Shown in pieces: positions 1-8,691 of a stretch of DNA of 25,539 bases (the first letter of the stretch is position 1; every line of letters starts with the position of its first letter). Location of the stretch: NCBI GenBank assembly GCA_043826435.1, contig JBDRQF010000025.1:1-25539 (forward strand), in the 5' to 3' direction. The notes beneath the pieces were generated by a model that was not told the origin of the DNA, did not search any database, and saw only the letters and a list, made by a program, of their open reading frames with translations. Origin of the DNA: Elusimicrobiota bacterium (lineage in GTDB: Bacteria > Elusimicrobiota > Endomicrobiia > CG1-02-37-114 > JAHJSO01). A program made the translations under genes and the position numbers.

Positions 1-306
1 CCCACCTTTTTTCTGGAATGCAAAATCAATAATTGTAGTTACTCCGCCGCAGGCGGCAGCAGCGGTTGCGGTATCCCAGTTTTCAGAGTAGGTATTGCAG
101 AAAAATAGATTGAGATGAACATGCATATCAATTCCGCCGGGGATGACCAGCATGTTTTTTGCGTCAACAACTTGCACGTCCGAGCAATCGCACTTAATGT
201 TTTTGCCGACGGCGATAGCAGAAATCTTTCCGCTTTCAATCCCCACATCCCCGATAAATGTTTTTTCTGCCGTTACAATCTTACCGTTTTTAATTAGTAA
301 GTCCAT
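1..306 (-). CDS. hydA: Dihydropyrimidinase/D-hydantoinase, 5' part (runs off window; not in ORF track)
   Basis: Manual translation from ATG at 306: MDLLIKNGKIVTAEKTFIGDVGIESGKISAI...VVDAKNMLVIPGGIDMHVHL...AAAACGGVTTIIDFAFQ. Shows the amidohydrolase PGGIDxHxH and GGVTTIIDF motifs and lies directly downstream of preA. Confidence 0.88.
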   Translation of the reverse strand, partial: MDLLIKNGKIVTAEKTFIGDVGIESGKISAIAVGKNIKCDCSDVQVVDAKNMLVIPGGIDMHVHLNLFFCNTYSENWDTATAAAACGGVTTIIDFAFQKKGG

Positions 307-310
307 TTGA

Positions 311-320
311 CCCCCCCCCC
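311..320 (-). repeat. G10 homopolymer at the Shine-Dalgarno position of hydA
   Basis: cccccccccc on the + strand, ending 4 nt before the hydA ATG on the - strand. Confidence 0.8.
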
Positions 321-331
321 TTGAAAAAGAA

Positions 332-1543
332 TTATTTCGTTTTTTCTTTCATTGTTACACAATCGTACACAGGACACACCAGAACGCACAGCCCGCAGCC
401 CGCGCACTTTTCTTCATCAACCGCTGGAAGCCTTTTGTCATCCAGTTTAATTGCCTGATGGCCTCCATCCTGACAGGCGATATAGCAGAGGTCATCTTTT
501 ACACATATATCCCGGTTAATGCTGCAGACCATCCGCTTTTTCTTATTTAGTGACTCGTGTGTGCCTAATTTTGGCAGGATTTTTCCCACCATCTCGCTGA
601 CACTTGCAAACCCCTTTTCTTCCATGAAGTTTGACAGTCCGTCACTCATATCCTCAACAATCCTGTATCCATTCCTCATAATTGCTGTGCAGACCTGAAT
701 TGTTGTTGCGCCCGCCAGAATAAATTCTGCAGCGTCTTTCCATGTGGCGATCCCACCGATGCCTGAAATTGGCAGAGCCAGTCCCTTGTCCGATGAGAGT
801 TGTGCTACAAACCGGAGTGCGATTGGTTTAACCGCGGGGCCCGAATATCCGCCGAACATACTTTTTCCGTCAACTGTCGGCAGTGGTTCAAGTGTGTCAA
901 GGTTTACGCCCAAAAAACTCTGTATTGTATTTATTGCTGAAATTCCGTCCGCCCCGCCTTTTTTGCTCGCACGGGCGGGCACCAAAATATCAGTTATGTT
1001 GGGTGTCATTTTTGCCATGACAGGTGTTTTTGCCACTTCCTTCACCCATGTAGTTATCGTCTGGCAGACATCAGGGATCTGTCCTATCGCCATACCCATT
1101 CCCTTTTCAGGCATCCCGTGCGGGCAGGAAAAATTTAGTTCAATACCGTCGGCGCCTGCTTCTTCAACTATCCTTGTGAGTTTCTGCCAGTCCTCCCGGA
1201 CAGGACCCGCCATTATTGATACGAAAACAGGGTTTTTCGGATACTTCTTTTTAATTTCGGATATTTCTTTCAGGTTTTCTTTAAGAGGTCTATCTGTAAT
1301 CAATTCTATGTTTTCAAGTCCGAGAAGTTTTTTTTCTTCAAAGTCCAGACCGGCCAGACGGGGCGTGACATTCACTATTGGTCCTTCAGGGCCATCAAGA
1401 CCTAATGTTTTCCATATCGCACCTCCCCAGCCCGCATCAAAAGCCCGAGAGACCATTTCAGCCGAGTTTGACACAGGTGAAGATGCAAGCCAGAACGGGT
1501 TTGGCGATTCAACCCCGCAGAAATTTACTTTTAAGTTCACCAT
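332..1543 (-). CDS. preA: Dihydropyrimidine dehydrogenase FMN/FeS subunit (PreA/PydA type)
   Basis: NPFWLASSP, LENIELITDRPL, active-site LNFSCPHGM, GGYSGPAVKPIAL, C-terminal ferredoxin domain; AGGAGG SD upstream. Confidence 0.93.
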   Translation of the reverse strand: MVNLKVNFCGVESPNPFWLASSPVSNSAEMVSRAFDAGWGGAIWKTLGLDGPEGPIVNVTPRLAGLDFEEKKLLGLENIELITDRPLKENLKEISEIKKKYPKNPVFVSIMAGPVREDWQKLTRIVEEAGADGIELNFSCPHGMPEKGMGMAIGQIPDVCQTITTWVKEVAKTPVMAKMTPNITDILVPARASKKGGADGISAINTIQSFLGVNLDTLEPLPTVDGKSMFGGYSGPAVKPIALRFVAQLSSDKGLALPISGIGGIATWKDAAEFILAGATTIQVCTAIMRNGYRIVEDMSDGLSNFMEEKGFASVSEMVGKILPKLGTHESLNKKKRMVCSINRDICVKDDLCYIACQDGGHQAIKLDDKRLPAVDEEKCAGCGLCVLVCPVYDCVTMKEKTK

Positions 1544-1605
1544 AAGTTTATTAACCTCCTATCATAAAAAAAGTAACCCCTCGCGGACAGCCCCCTCTCC
1601 TTGTC

Positions 1606-1983
1606 TTATTTCTCAGTTATTTTTTCAACTGTCCATTTATTTGAAACCCATAATCCAATTATATAAACAGAACGCCTCCATCTTTTTATCTTTTCTACAG
1701 CGATACGAATTTGTTTTTTGTGGGTTTTATCATCCACCGGGTTACCCGCACAATCATTATGTCCTACCACAAAAAGAATACTTGAATTATGTTTCTCAAA
1801 AGAGATATCCATTTTTTTAAAAAGTCCGTTGGTGTATTTACAATTTTTATCTGCTAAAAACCCATCCATTCCAGGGTGTGTTATCATATCAACATAGTCA
1901 ACACTATAATTCTCCTTTATCCAGTGAATTACAGGTAATTGTACCCTACCGTCCATACAATTTAAACAAGTAGCGAATTTCAT
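1606..1983 (-). CDS. Small putative carbonic anhydrase (Cys2His Zn site, beta-like)
   Basis: NCMDGR, DMITHPGMDG and GHNDCAGNP motifs. Start moved to ATG 1983 (MKFATCLNC). Confidence 0.7.
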   Translation of the reverse strand: MKFATCLNCMDGRVQLPVIHWIKENYSVDYVDMITHPGMDGFLADKNCKYTNGLFKKMDISFEKHNSSILFVVGHNDCAGNPVDDKTHKKQIRIAVEKIKRWRRSVYIIGLWVSNKWTVEKITEK

Positions 1984-2034
1984 AAACGAAGTACTTCGCT
2001 TTATATTTACTCGGTGCAAATACCAATCGTTTGA

Positions 2035-3513
2035 TTATTTTTTAAATTTTATCAACAATAAATAAACAGCAAAAGCGATAAAGAATCCGACGAACCACGC
2101 ATAGTTGTATAAATTCATCCAGAATAAACCAACCCTGACAACGCCAATTGTCCCCAGAAAGCCGGGTATATTCGGTAAAATGCCCAGGACGAGGGCGGCC
2201 AGCGCTTTTATGTTATATCCGCTTGAATAACTATAGCTGCCTTTTTCAAGATATAAATCCGGCAAATTCAGTTCTTTTTTACGAATAACGAAATAATCAC
2301 ATATCAGGACACCGCCGATTGGACCCAGAAGTGCGGAATAGCCGATTAGCCAGGTAAAAATATAACCCATTGGGTCTGTCACCAACTTCCATGGCATTAT
2401 TATTATTCCTATTATCCCCGTAATTAATCCGCCAGTGCGGAAAGAAATTTTTCCAGGTGAAATATTTGAGAAAGAGTTTGCAGGCGCCACAACATTTGCC
2501 GCCAGATTTGTTGTTAAAGTTGCAAGTAATAATGCAATTTGTGAGATTATATTCACGGCAGGATTTTCAAATTTACTCAAAAGGACCACAGGGTCCCAGA
2601 TTGTCTCCCCGAATATCAGGAGGGTTGCTGATGTAACCGCCACACCTATGAATGCATAAAATGGCATGGTGGTATTCAGTCCCAGCACCTGTCCGAGGAC
2701 CTGTGCCTTTTGTGATTTTGCATATCTTGTGAAGTCAGGAATATTCAGGGAGAGTGTCGCCCAGTAGCCAACCATGCCGGTAAGTGCAGGGAAAAAGAAA
2801 ATCCAGAACTGACCTTCCTTCAGTCCGCCCGCGACAAATTGAGACGGTTGAGAAAATATAGGACCTAAACTACCGACCTTTACCCATGCCCACACTAAAA
2901 GAGCGATTCCCACGAGAAGCAACAGCGGCGCCGAGAAATTCTCAACACATCTTATTGTTTCAATTCCCCTGTAGATAATATAAACATTCACAAACCAGAA
3001 AAGCAGAAAACACAAAAGTTGCGGAAGATTTATTCCAAGCCAGGCGGATAAAACAGGGATTTTTTCCCAATGAGTAAAATACACACCCAAAAGTTTATAT
3101 ATCGCCCAGCCACCTATCCAGGTCTGTATTCCAAACCATCCGCAGGCAACGATTGCCCTGAGGACAGCGGGTATGTTGGCTCCTTTTATCCCGAAAGACA
3201 CCCTTGCAAAAACAGGAAAGGGGATACCGTATTTTGTCCCTGCGTGGGCGTTTAAGACCATTGGTATGAGGACAATTGCGTTTCCAAGGAATATCGTTAA
3301 AATTGATTGCAACCAGTTCATCCCGCCTGAAATCAGTGAGGAAGCAAGCATGTAGGTTGGTATGCAGACGCTCATACCTATCCACAGGGCGGATATGTCC
3401 CGTACGCCCCAGTGTCGCTGTATGAGTTTTGTCGGAGATAAGTCCTTATTCCACAGTTTGGAGGAAGTCAGCCCGGAAACTTCCGCGTCAGACAATTCAA
3501 TAAGTTTATCCAT
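2035..3513 (-). CDS. NCS1-family nucleobase:cation symporter (pyrimidine/hydantoin permease)
   Basis: Multi-TM protein with GTKYGIPFPVFARVSFG, ACGWFGIQTWIG, WATLSLNIPDFTRY and NLAANVVAPAN motifs. Confidence 0.93.
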   Translation of the reverse strand: MDKLIELSDAEVSGLTSSKLWNKDLSPTKLIQRHWGVRDISALWIGMSVCIPTYMLASSLISGGMNWLQSILTIFLGNAIVLIPMVLNAHAGTKYGIPFPVFARVSFGIKGANIPAVLRAIVACGWFGIQTWIGGWAIYKLLGVYFTHWEKIPVLSAWLGINLPQLLCFLLFWFVNVYIIYRGIETIRCVENFSAPLLLLVGIALLVWAWVKVGSLGPIFSQPSQFVAGGLKEGQFWIFFFPALTGMVGYWATLSLNIPDFTRYAKSQKAQVLGQVLGLNTTMPFYAFIGVAVTSATLLIFGETIWDPVVLLSKFENPAVNIISQIALLLATLTTNLAANVVAPANSFSNISPGKISFRTGGLITGIIGIIIMPWKLVTDPMGYIFTWLIGYSALLGPIGGVLICDYFVIRKKELNLPDLYLEKGSYSYSSGYNIKALAALVLGILPNIPGFLGTIGVVRVGLFWMNLYNYAWFVGFFIAFAVYLLLIKFKK

Positions 3514-4030
3514 TTGTCAAAAACCCTGGCGAGTTCATTATCTCACTGGCGATTTTTGTAATGTTTTTTTTGAATACGGGAGAAATTTCATCGCTGAATT
3601 TTTTCGCCCTTTTTATTTTTATACAATAAATTTTTATTTCAGGAAGTTTCAGTCCTATTTTTTCGGCAAGTTCAACAATGCCCCCTATGTTTGTCTGGTG
3701 GGGACTTTTCATGACCCCTGTTTTTTTAACAGACGGATATTCAATACGCAGAACCTCGCCTATTTCCTCCGGGGGAAGACGCTGATAACTCATTGTATCA
3801 ATTATTATGACCCTGTCATACTCCCGCATAATGTCCAACAGAGGGGGACCTTCCTTGCTTGTTTCCAGCACGCTCACTGAATCCGCGTACTTGCGCGGGA
3901 GATTTTCTTTTATTTTTCTTGCAACATAAATACCTATGCCGTCGTCACCCGCAATGGTGTTCCCGCGACCTAAAATCAGCGTGGTTGGAAATTTTTCCCG
4001 CATTCTATTTCCCGTTTTGTTCCGCACCAT
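3506..4030 (-). CDS. [NiFe]-hydrogenase maturation endopeptidase
   Basis: LGRGNTIAGDDGIG, VIIID and SPHQ motifs of the HycI/HybD family. Start may be 4003 (MREK). Confidence 0.82.
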   Translation of the reverse strand: MVRNKTGNRMREKFPTTLILGRGNTIAGDDGIGIYVARKIKENLPRKYADSVSVLETSKEGPPLLDIMREYDRVIIIDTMSYQRLPPEEIGEVLRIEYPSVKKTGVMKSPHQTNIGGIVELAEKIGLKLPEIKIYCIKIKRAKKFSDEISPVFKKNITKIASEIMNSPGFLTNG

Positions 4031-4063
4031 GTTCTGTATTATATCCCCGAAGAATTATATTCG

Positions 4064-4966
4064 TCAGATCTTCGTCAGGTCGCCGTATGACTCAGGACGT
4101 CTGTCCCTGAAGAACGCCCAGCCGTTTCTGACTTCATAAATCAGTTCCAGGTCAATGTCTGCCACGACGAGTTCGTCTTTGTCCTCGCTGCCCTTGACGA
4201 TTATTTTGCCCCTGGGGTCGCAGAAATAAGAGGAACCGTAAAACCTGCCCGTGTTCCAGGGTTCTTCAGTCCCGACTCTGTTTATTGCTCCGACGAAATA
4301 ACCGTTTGCAACCGCGTGGGCGGGTTGTTCCAGTTCCCAAAGATATTTTGACACGCCTGCGGTTGTCGCGGAAGGATTGAACATAATCTCTGCGCCGTGC
4401 AATCCCAAGAGACGCGCTCCGTCGGGGAAGTGCCTGTCGTAACATATATAGGGCGCCACCTTTGCATACGCGGTCTGAAAAACCGGATAGTTCGTGTTGC
4501 CCGGTTTGAAATAGTACTTTTCGTAGAACCCGGGTGATATGTAAGGGATGTGCATTTTCCTGGTGGTGCCGAGGAGTTTTCCGTCGGCATCAATGACTGC
4601 GGCTGAGTTGTAATACACACCGTCCATAACATATTCATATACAGGGGCGATAATCGCCATGTTGAATTTTTTCGCCCATTTTGATACCTCTTCAGTGGTT
4701 GGCCCGGGAATTGATTCCGTTGCCCCATACCACCTGTGGTGGTGTTCCGCGGGGAAATAAGGGAGATTAAAAATCTCCTGGTAACAGAGGACCTGCACGC
4801 CTTTCTTACCTGCTTCTTCAGTTAATTTTGCGTGTTTGTCCATCATCGCCCGCTTGATTTTGTCAATCTCCTTCTGCATATCCTCTTTTGACATTTTTGA
4901 CGTGTCTTTCGTTGGTGCGATAACATTTGTTGCCTGAATCAAACCGCACTTGATAATTTTTGACAT
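4064..4966 (-). CDS. Beta-ureidopropionase (nitrilase superfamily)
   Basis: Glu-Lys-Cys triad (CYQEIF, RKMHIP, ICYDRHFP), FYEKYYFKPGN, FFRDRRPE; pyrimidine-degradation context. Start set at ATG 4966 after a GGGGGTG SD. Confidence 0.88.
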   Translation of the reverse strand: MSKIIKCGLIQATNVIAPTKDTSKMSKEDMQKEIDKIKRAMMDKHAKLTEEAGKKGVQVLCYQEIFNLPYFPAEHHHRWYGATESIPGPTTEEVSKWAKKFNMAIIAPVYEYVMDGVYYNSAAVIDADGKLLGTTRKMHIPYISPGFYEKYYFKPGNTNYPVFQTAYAKVAPYICYDRHFPDGARLLGLHGAEIMFNPSATTAGVSKYLWELEQPAHAVANGYFVGAINRVGTEEPWNTGRFYGSSYFCDPRGKIIVKGSEDKDELVVADIDLELIYEVRNGWAFFRDRRPESYGDLTKI

Positions 4967-5022
4967 AAAACACCCCCGTTTAATTCCGCATTTTCGCCCC
5001 ATTCAGAAACATAATTAAAGTA

Positions 5023-6879
5023 TTACTTTAATATATCCAGTGCCAGTTCTTTCAGCCGGGCAGTACCCGGTGTCCCTTCCTCCGACCAGTCGCGAAGTTG
5101 ATAATATTCAGACAACATTTTATCTAATTGCGGTACTATTCCTTTTGCTTTTCCGTCGGGTTTTGCTGTCAACAATCGCTTTGGCAGTTTATCATCCCTG
5201 GATGAAATCCCCAGACGAACATTGTAGAGTCGTTTTAAGTTGAAGAGTCGCTCCCCTGTTTTTAATAAATCCTCCATGGTGAATGGAGTCCAACCGCAGG
5301 CCTTTTCTATCCACAGGGCAATCATTTTAGGTCCGACCCCGCCTAAAAACAAGAACTTGCACAGTCCCAACGGGTTAAATACTGAGAGAAAATTCTGCAA
5401 ATCAAAAACAATTTTCGGTTTGCCGTTTTCGTCAAACTGGTTTGGAGGCGTTGTATAGTTAAGGTCTGGGCACTTGACTCCCCTGTCAAGGAAATATGTC
5501 AGGCCTTCCAGATGACAGCCCCCCCTCACAGCAGTCGCATAGTTCAATGCCATGCTTACATGTCCCCTGGGGTCGTGGCCCGGGTAGTCAAGTCCTTTTG
5601 TGGCGACGGCGTATTCTATTGTATTTTTTCCCAACCGCCCAGCCGCTTTAACAACTCCGTCTATGAGATATTTCCCGCCAAATCCCTCCCGCTTTCCTAT
5701 CTGGTGCAATAGAGTAACCATTGTTTTTGCATCGCCCCATTTTATTTCAAGCCCGTCGGTGTCTTTTTTTGTGATTTTCCCTTTTTCAAAGCACTCCATT
5801 GCAAACGCCAGAACATTACCTGCGGATATTACGTCCATTCCGTACCTGTTACACAGTTCAACGCAGTAACACAAAAGGTTTAAATCGTTGTTCAGGCAGT
5901 TTGAGCCAAGCAAACTAACTGATTCATATTCCGGGTATCGTCCATGAAAGTTCCCGTAGCCGGACAGTTCTCCTTTTACAATTTTTCCACAACCAATAGG
6001 GCAGGAATAACAAGCGTAATGTTTTTCAAAGACCGTCTCACGGACCCGCTGGCCTGAAATTTTCTGTATGTCTTCTTTCCACTCGCCCAGCAGCCAGTTT
6101 TTTATTGGCAAATCGCCGAATGCCTCAACTGCCGGCGCTCCCCCGCCCGTGCCAAACTCATGCAGGGCTTTTGTGTTTTCTTTAATTTTAGGGATTTCTG
6201 TTTTCAGTAATTCGCGCAGGCCGTCGGCGTCTGCAATTTCAATACGCTTTTTCCCGGAGCAGACAATCGCCTTGAGATTTTTGGAACCCATATTTGCGCC
6301 GATACCACCACGACCTGCTTGACGAGAAATTATACCATCGCAGGCAATACTTGCAATCCTGCTGAGATTTTCACCCGCCTGGCCTATGCATGCAATCCTG
6401 ACGCCGTTTCCATTTTCCTTTGTCAATATTTCATCTGTTTCATAGGTATCTTTTCCCCAGAGATGCTCCGCAGGACGGATTTCGGTTTTTTCGTCGCTGA
6501 TAAAAAGATATACGGGTTTTTCCGATTTACCCGTAAGCATGATGCCGTCATACCCGGTGGACCTCAGTGCTGACGGCCAGTGTCCCCCAACTGTCGCCTC
6601 GTTCCAGATACCTGTTAAGGGTGATTTTGCACATGCGGAGAGTTTGCAGGCAGTTGGAATCATTGTCCCCGTGAAAAGGCCTGCCAGAAACAGTAACGGG
6701 TTTTCAGGATCAAGGGGTCCGGTTGACGGGTCTAAATCATCATATAAAATCTTTGCAGCCATGCCGCTTCCGAGAAAGAATTTCTGGACATCATTCCGGC
6801 TGATTTCTTTTTTGGTGATTTTTTTGCTGGTGAGGTCTATTGAGAGAATGTTTCCGTGATAACCGGCCGGCATATCCAT
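5023..6879 (-). CDS. aor: Tungsten-type aldehyde:ferredoxin oxidoreductase (AOR family)
   Basis: KSPLTG, AGRGGIGANMGSKNLKAI, CYSCPIGC FeS motif, PEYES, GMD, RGGCHL, EYYQLRDW. Confidence 0.92.
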   Translation of the reverse strand: MDMPAGYHGNILSIDLTSKKITKKEISRNDVQKFFLGSGMAAKILYDDLDPSTGPLDPENPLLFLAGLFTGTMIPTACKLSACAKSPLTGIWNEATVGGHWPSALRSTGYDGIMLTGKSEKPVYLFISDEKTEIRPAEHLWGKDTYETDEILTKENGNGVRIACIGQAGENLSRIASIACDGIISRQAGRGGIGANMGSKNLKAIVCSGKKRIEIADADGLRELLKTEIPKIKENTKALHEFGTGGGAPAVEAFGDLPIKNWLLGEWKEDIQKISGQRVRETVFEKHYACYSCPIGCGKIVKGELSGYGNFHGRYPEYESVSLLGSNCLNNDLNLLCYCVELCNRYGMDVISAGNVLAFAMECFEKGKITKKDTDGLEIKWGDAKTMVTLLHQIGKREGFGGKYLIDGVVKAAGRLGKNTIEYAVATKGLDYPGHDPRGHVSMALNYATAVRGGCHLEGLTYFLDRGVKCPDLNYTTPPNQFDENGKPKIVFDLQNFLSVFNPLGLCKFLFLGGVGPKMIALWIEKACGWTPFTMEDLLKTGERLFNLKRLYNVRLGISSRDDKLPKRLLTAKPDGKAKGIVPQLDKMLSEYYQLRDWSEEGTPGTARLKELALDILK

Positions 6880-6904
6880 ACCCCCTTTGTTTTCGTGCGG
6901 TTAA

Positions 6905-6933
6905 ATTTTATCACAATTTTTCATCAATGTCAA
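6905..6933 (-). promoter_or_regulatory. Sigma70 promoter upstream of aor
   Basis: Minus strand TTGACA (6933-6928), 17-bp spacer, TAAAAT (6910-6905) preceded by TGn (extended -10). Confidence 0.8.
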
Positions 6934-6935
6934 GA

Positions 6936-6970
6936 GTTAGCCGATTGTTTGTCCGGTTGTTAGCCGATTG
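6936..6970. repeat. 12-bp direct repeat duplicating the flavoprotein gene 3' end including its stop codon
   Basis: gttagccgattg at 6936-6947 and 6959-6970. Confidence 0.7.
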
Positions 6971-8579
6971 ACTTATTTTGCCTGTAATCAGGTAAAAGTA
7001 TCGGAGCAATTTTCTTCGGATCTATTTTTAATGTTTTAAGCGCCCTGTGGAATTTTTTTATATGTGTCAAGCCCAGTTTTCCAAATTTGATTTTTTTTGA
7101 TTTTGCTGATGAGGCGACGCCCGCCCTCCTGCCAAAAACCAGTATATCCAGCAGTGAATTTCCCATAAGGCGGTTTCTTCCGTGGACACCACCCGAAACC
7201 TCGCCCGCAACATACAGGTTTTCAACATTCGTTTCGCATCTCTCGTTTATTAAAACCCCGCCGTTCTGGTAGTGCTGTGTCGGGTATGTCAGGACCGGTT
7301 CTTTCGTCATATCAATTCCGAATCTGATAAACTGCCTGTACATTGCAGGCAGACGGAATTTTATTGTGCCTTCTCCCCTGAGTATGTCAATCAGGGGTGT
7401 GTCAAGCCATACCCCCTGCATCCCCGTCGGGGTGGTGATTCCCTTTTTTCTGTCCTGACATTCCCTTATTATTGCAGACGCAACCGTGTCTCTCGTTTCC
7501 AGTTCAAAAATAAATCTCTCGCCGTCTGAATTCACAAGGTGGGCGCCAAGACCGCGAACCTTTTCAGTGATGAGCAGTCCCACTATCTGTTCGGGATAGG
7601 CGACACCCGTCGGGTGATATTGAATTGTATCCAAAAACGCAAGTTTTGCTCCTGCACGGTAAGCAAGGACAAGCCCGTCTGCGGTCGCTCCATAGTGGTT
7701 TGAAGTCGGGAAGCCCTGTATGTGCAGGCGGCCCGAACCGCCTGTTGCCATGATAACTGTCTTTGCACGGACAACCAGATACTTTTCTGTTTCCAGATTG
7801 AAAAGGACCGCCCCCGTGCAGATGCCTTTTTCGTCGGTGAGGAGTTCAACAGCAGGGGAAAATTCCAGCACAGGAATTCTGTAGTTTTTAATTTCATCCC
7901 TGAGAACACGCATTATTTCTGCACCGGTATAGTCCCGGGCTGCATGCATCCTTTTTCTGCACGTCCCACCGCCGTGTATGGTAACGAAGGTGCCGTCCGG
8001 TTGTTTGTCAAACATGATTCCAAGGTTTTCAAGATATTGCATAATTGACGGGGCGTCCATGACGAGAGCCCCGACCAGTTCAGGGACGTTCTTATATCCG
8101 CCGCCGCCCATGACGTCCAGATAATGCAGTACGGGAGAATCATTCGGCTTATCCGCTGCCTGAATACCACCCTGGGCCATCATTGTGTTTGTGTCCCCGA
8201 TACGGAGTTTCGTTGCAAGTAAAACATTTGCTCCATTTTCCTGAACTACAAGTGCTGCGGACGCACCCGCACCTCCGCCGCCGATGACAAGGACGTCCAC
8301 CTGAAAGTCGGGCTTTGACAGATCTATTTTGTTGAATTCGTCGGGCGAGAGCCGACTGTAGGACTCAATCATATCAGCAATTTCATACGGTGTGAAGTCA
8401 TTTTTGTTGGGCCCGAGTTTCAGTTTCCGTTGAGTGCCCGGCTTGTAGTCAGGATGGAATCCCCTGAGGAGTTTTTCTTTTTCTTCAGGTGAAAGTCGCT
8501 GGAACGTCTGTTTAATCCGCTGTGACCTGGTTGAAACAATTTTTTGGGTTGATTTTTGCATTTCCTGCGGATATGGCAT
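6960..8579 (-). CDS. Soluble fumarate reductase/succinate dehydrogenase flavoprotein (TfrA-like)
   Basis: GGGGAG, AQGGI, QYHPTG, ITEKVRG, ETRD, PTQHYQNGG and HGRNRLMGNSL: dicarboxylate-site His/Arg residues are conserved. Confidence 0.85.
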   Translation of the reverse strand: MPYPQEMQKSTQKIVSTRSQRIKQTFQRLSPEEKEKLLRGFHPDYKPGTQRKLKLGPNKNDFTPYEIADMIESYSRLSPDEFNKIDLSKPDFQVDVLVIGGGGAGASAALVVQENGANVLLATKLRIGDTNTMMAQGGIQAADKPNDSPVLHYLDVMGGGGYKNVPELVGALVMDAPSIMQYLENLGIMFDKQPDGTFVTIHGGGTCRKRMHAARDYTGAEIMRVLRDEIKNYRIPVLEFSPAVELLTDEKGICTGAVLFNLETEKYLVVRAKTVIMATGGSGRLHIQGFPTSNHYGATADGLVLAYRAGAKLAFLDTIQYHPTGVAYPEQIVGLLITEKVRGLGAHLVNSDGERFIFELETRDTVASAIIRECQDRKKGITTPTGMQGVWLDTPLIDILRGEGTIKFRLPAMYRQFIRFGIDMTKEPVLTYPTQHYQNGGVLINERCETNVENLYVAGEVSGGVHGRNRLMGNSLLDILVFGRRAGVASSAKSKKIKFGKLGLTHIKKFHRALKTLKIDPKKIAPILLPDYRQNKSIG

Positions 8580-8691
8580 ATTGGTGTCTCCTATCTATAC
8601 GTTATCCTGATTAGTGCCTTCTCGACCTTATATTAAGTTACTAAAAACAATTTATAAAACACTCGGGTCGAAGTTTCGGTCTTCGGCCTTT

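Noticed and set aside
39..297. Short ORFs 39..248 (-) and 115..297 (+)
   Set aside because: They overlap the real hydA frame (ATG 306, running off the window).
744..1820. 358-aa plus-strand ORF
   Set aside because: Antisense shadow of preA and the CA-like gene; no recognisable motifs.
6960..8579. L-aspartate oxidase NadB or APS reductase
   Set aside because: Paired with an SdhB-like FeS subunit and clustered with fumarase; no nadA/nadC or sulfur-metabolism genes in the window.
8580..8691. Terminator or structured RNA in the 112-bp gap between the FeS and flavoprotein genes
   Set aside because: Only short imperfect stems, and the T-run is on the non-coding strand.
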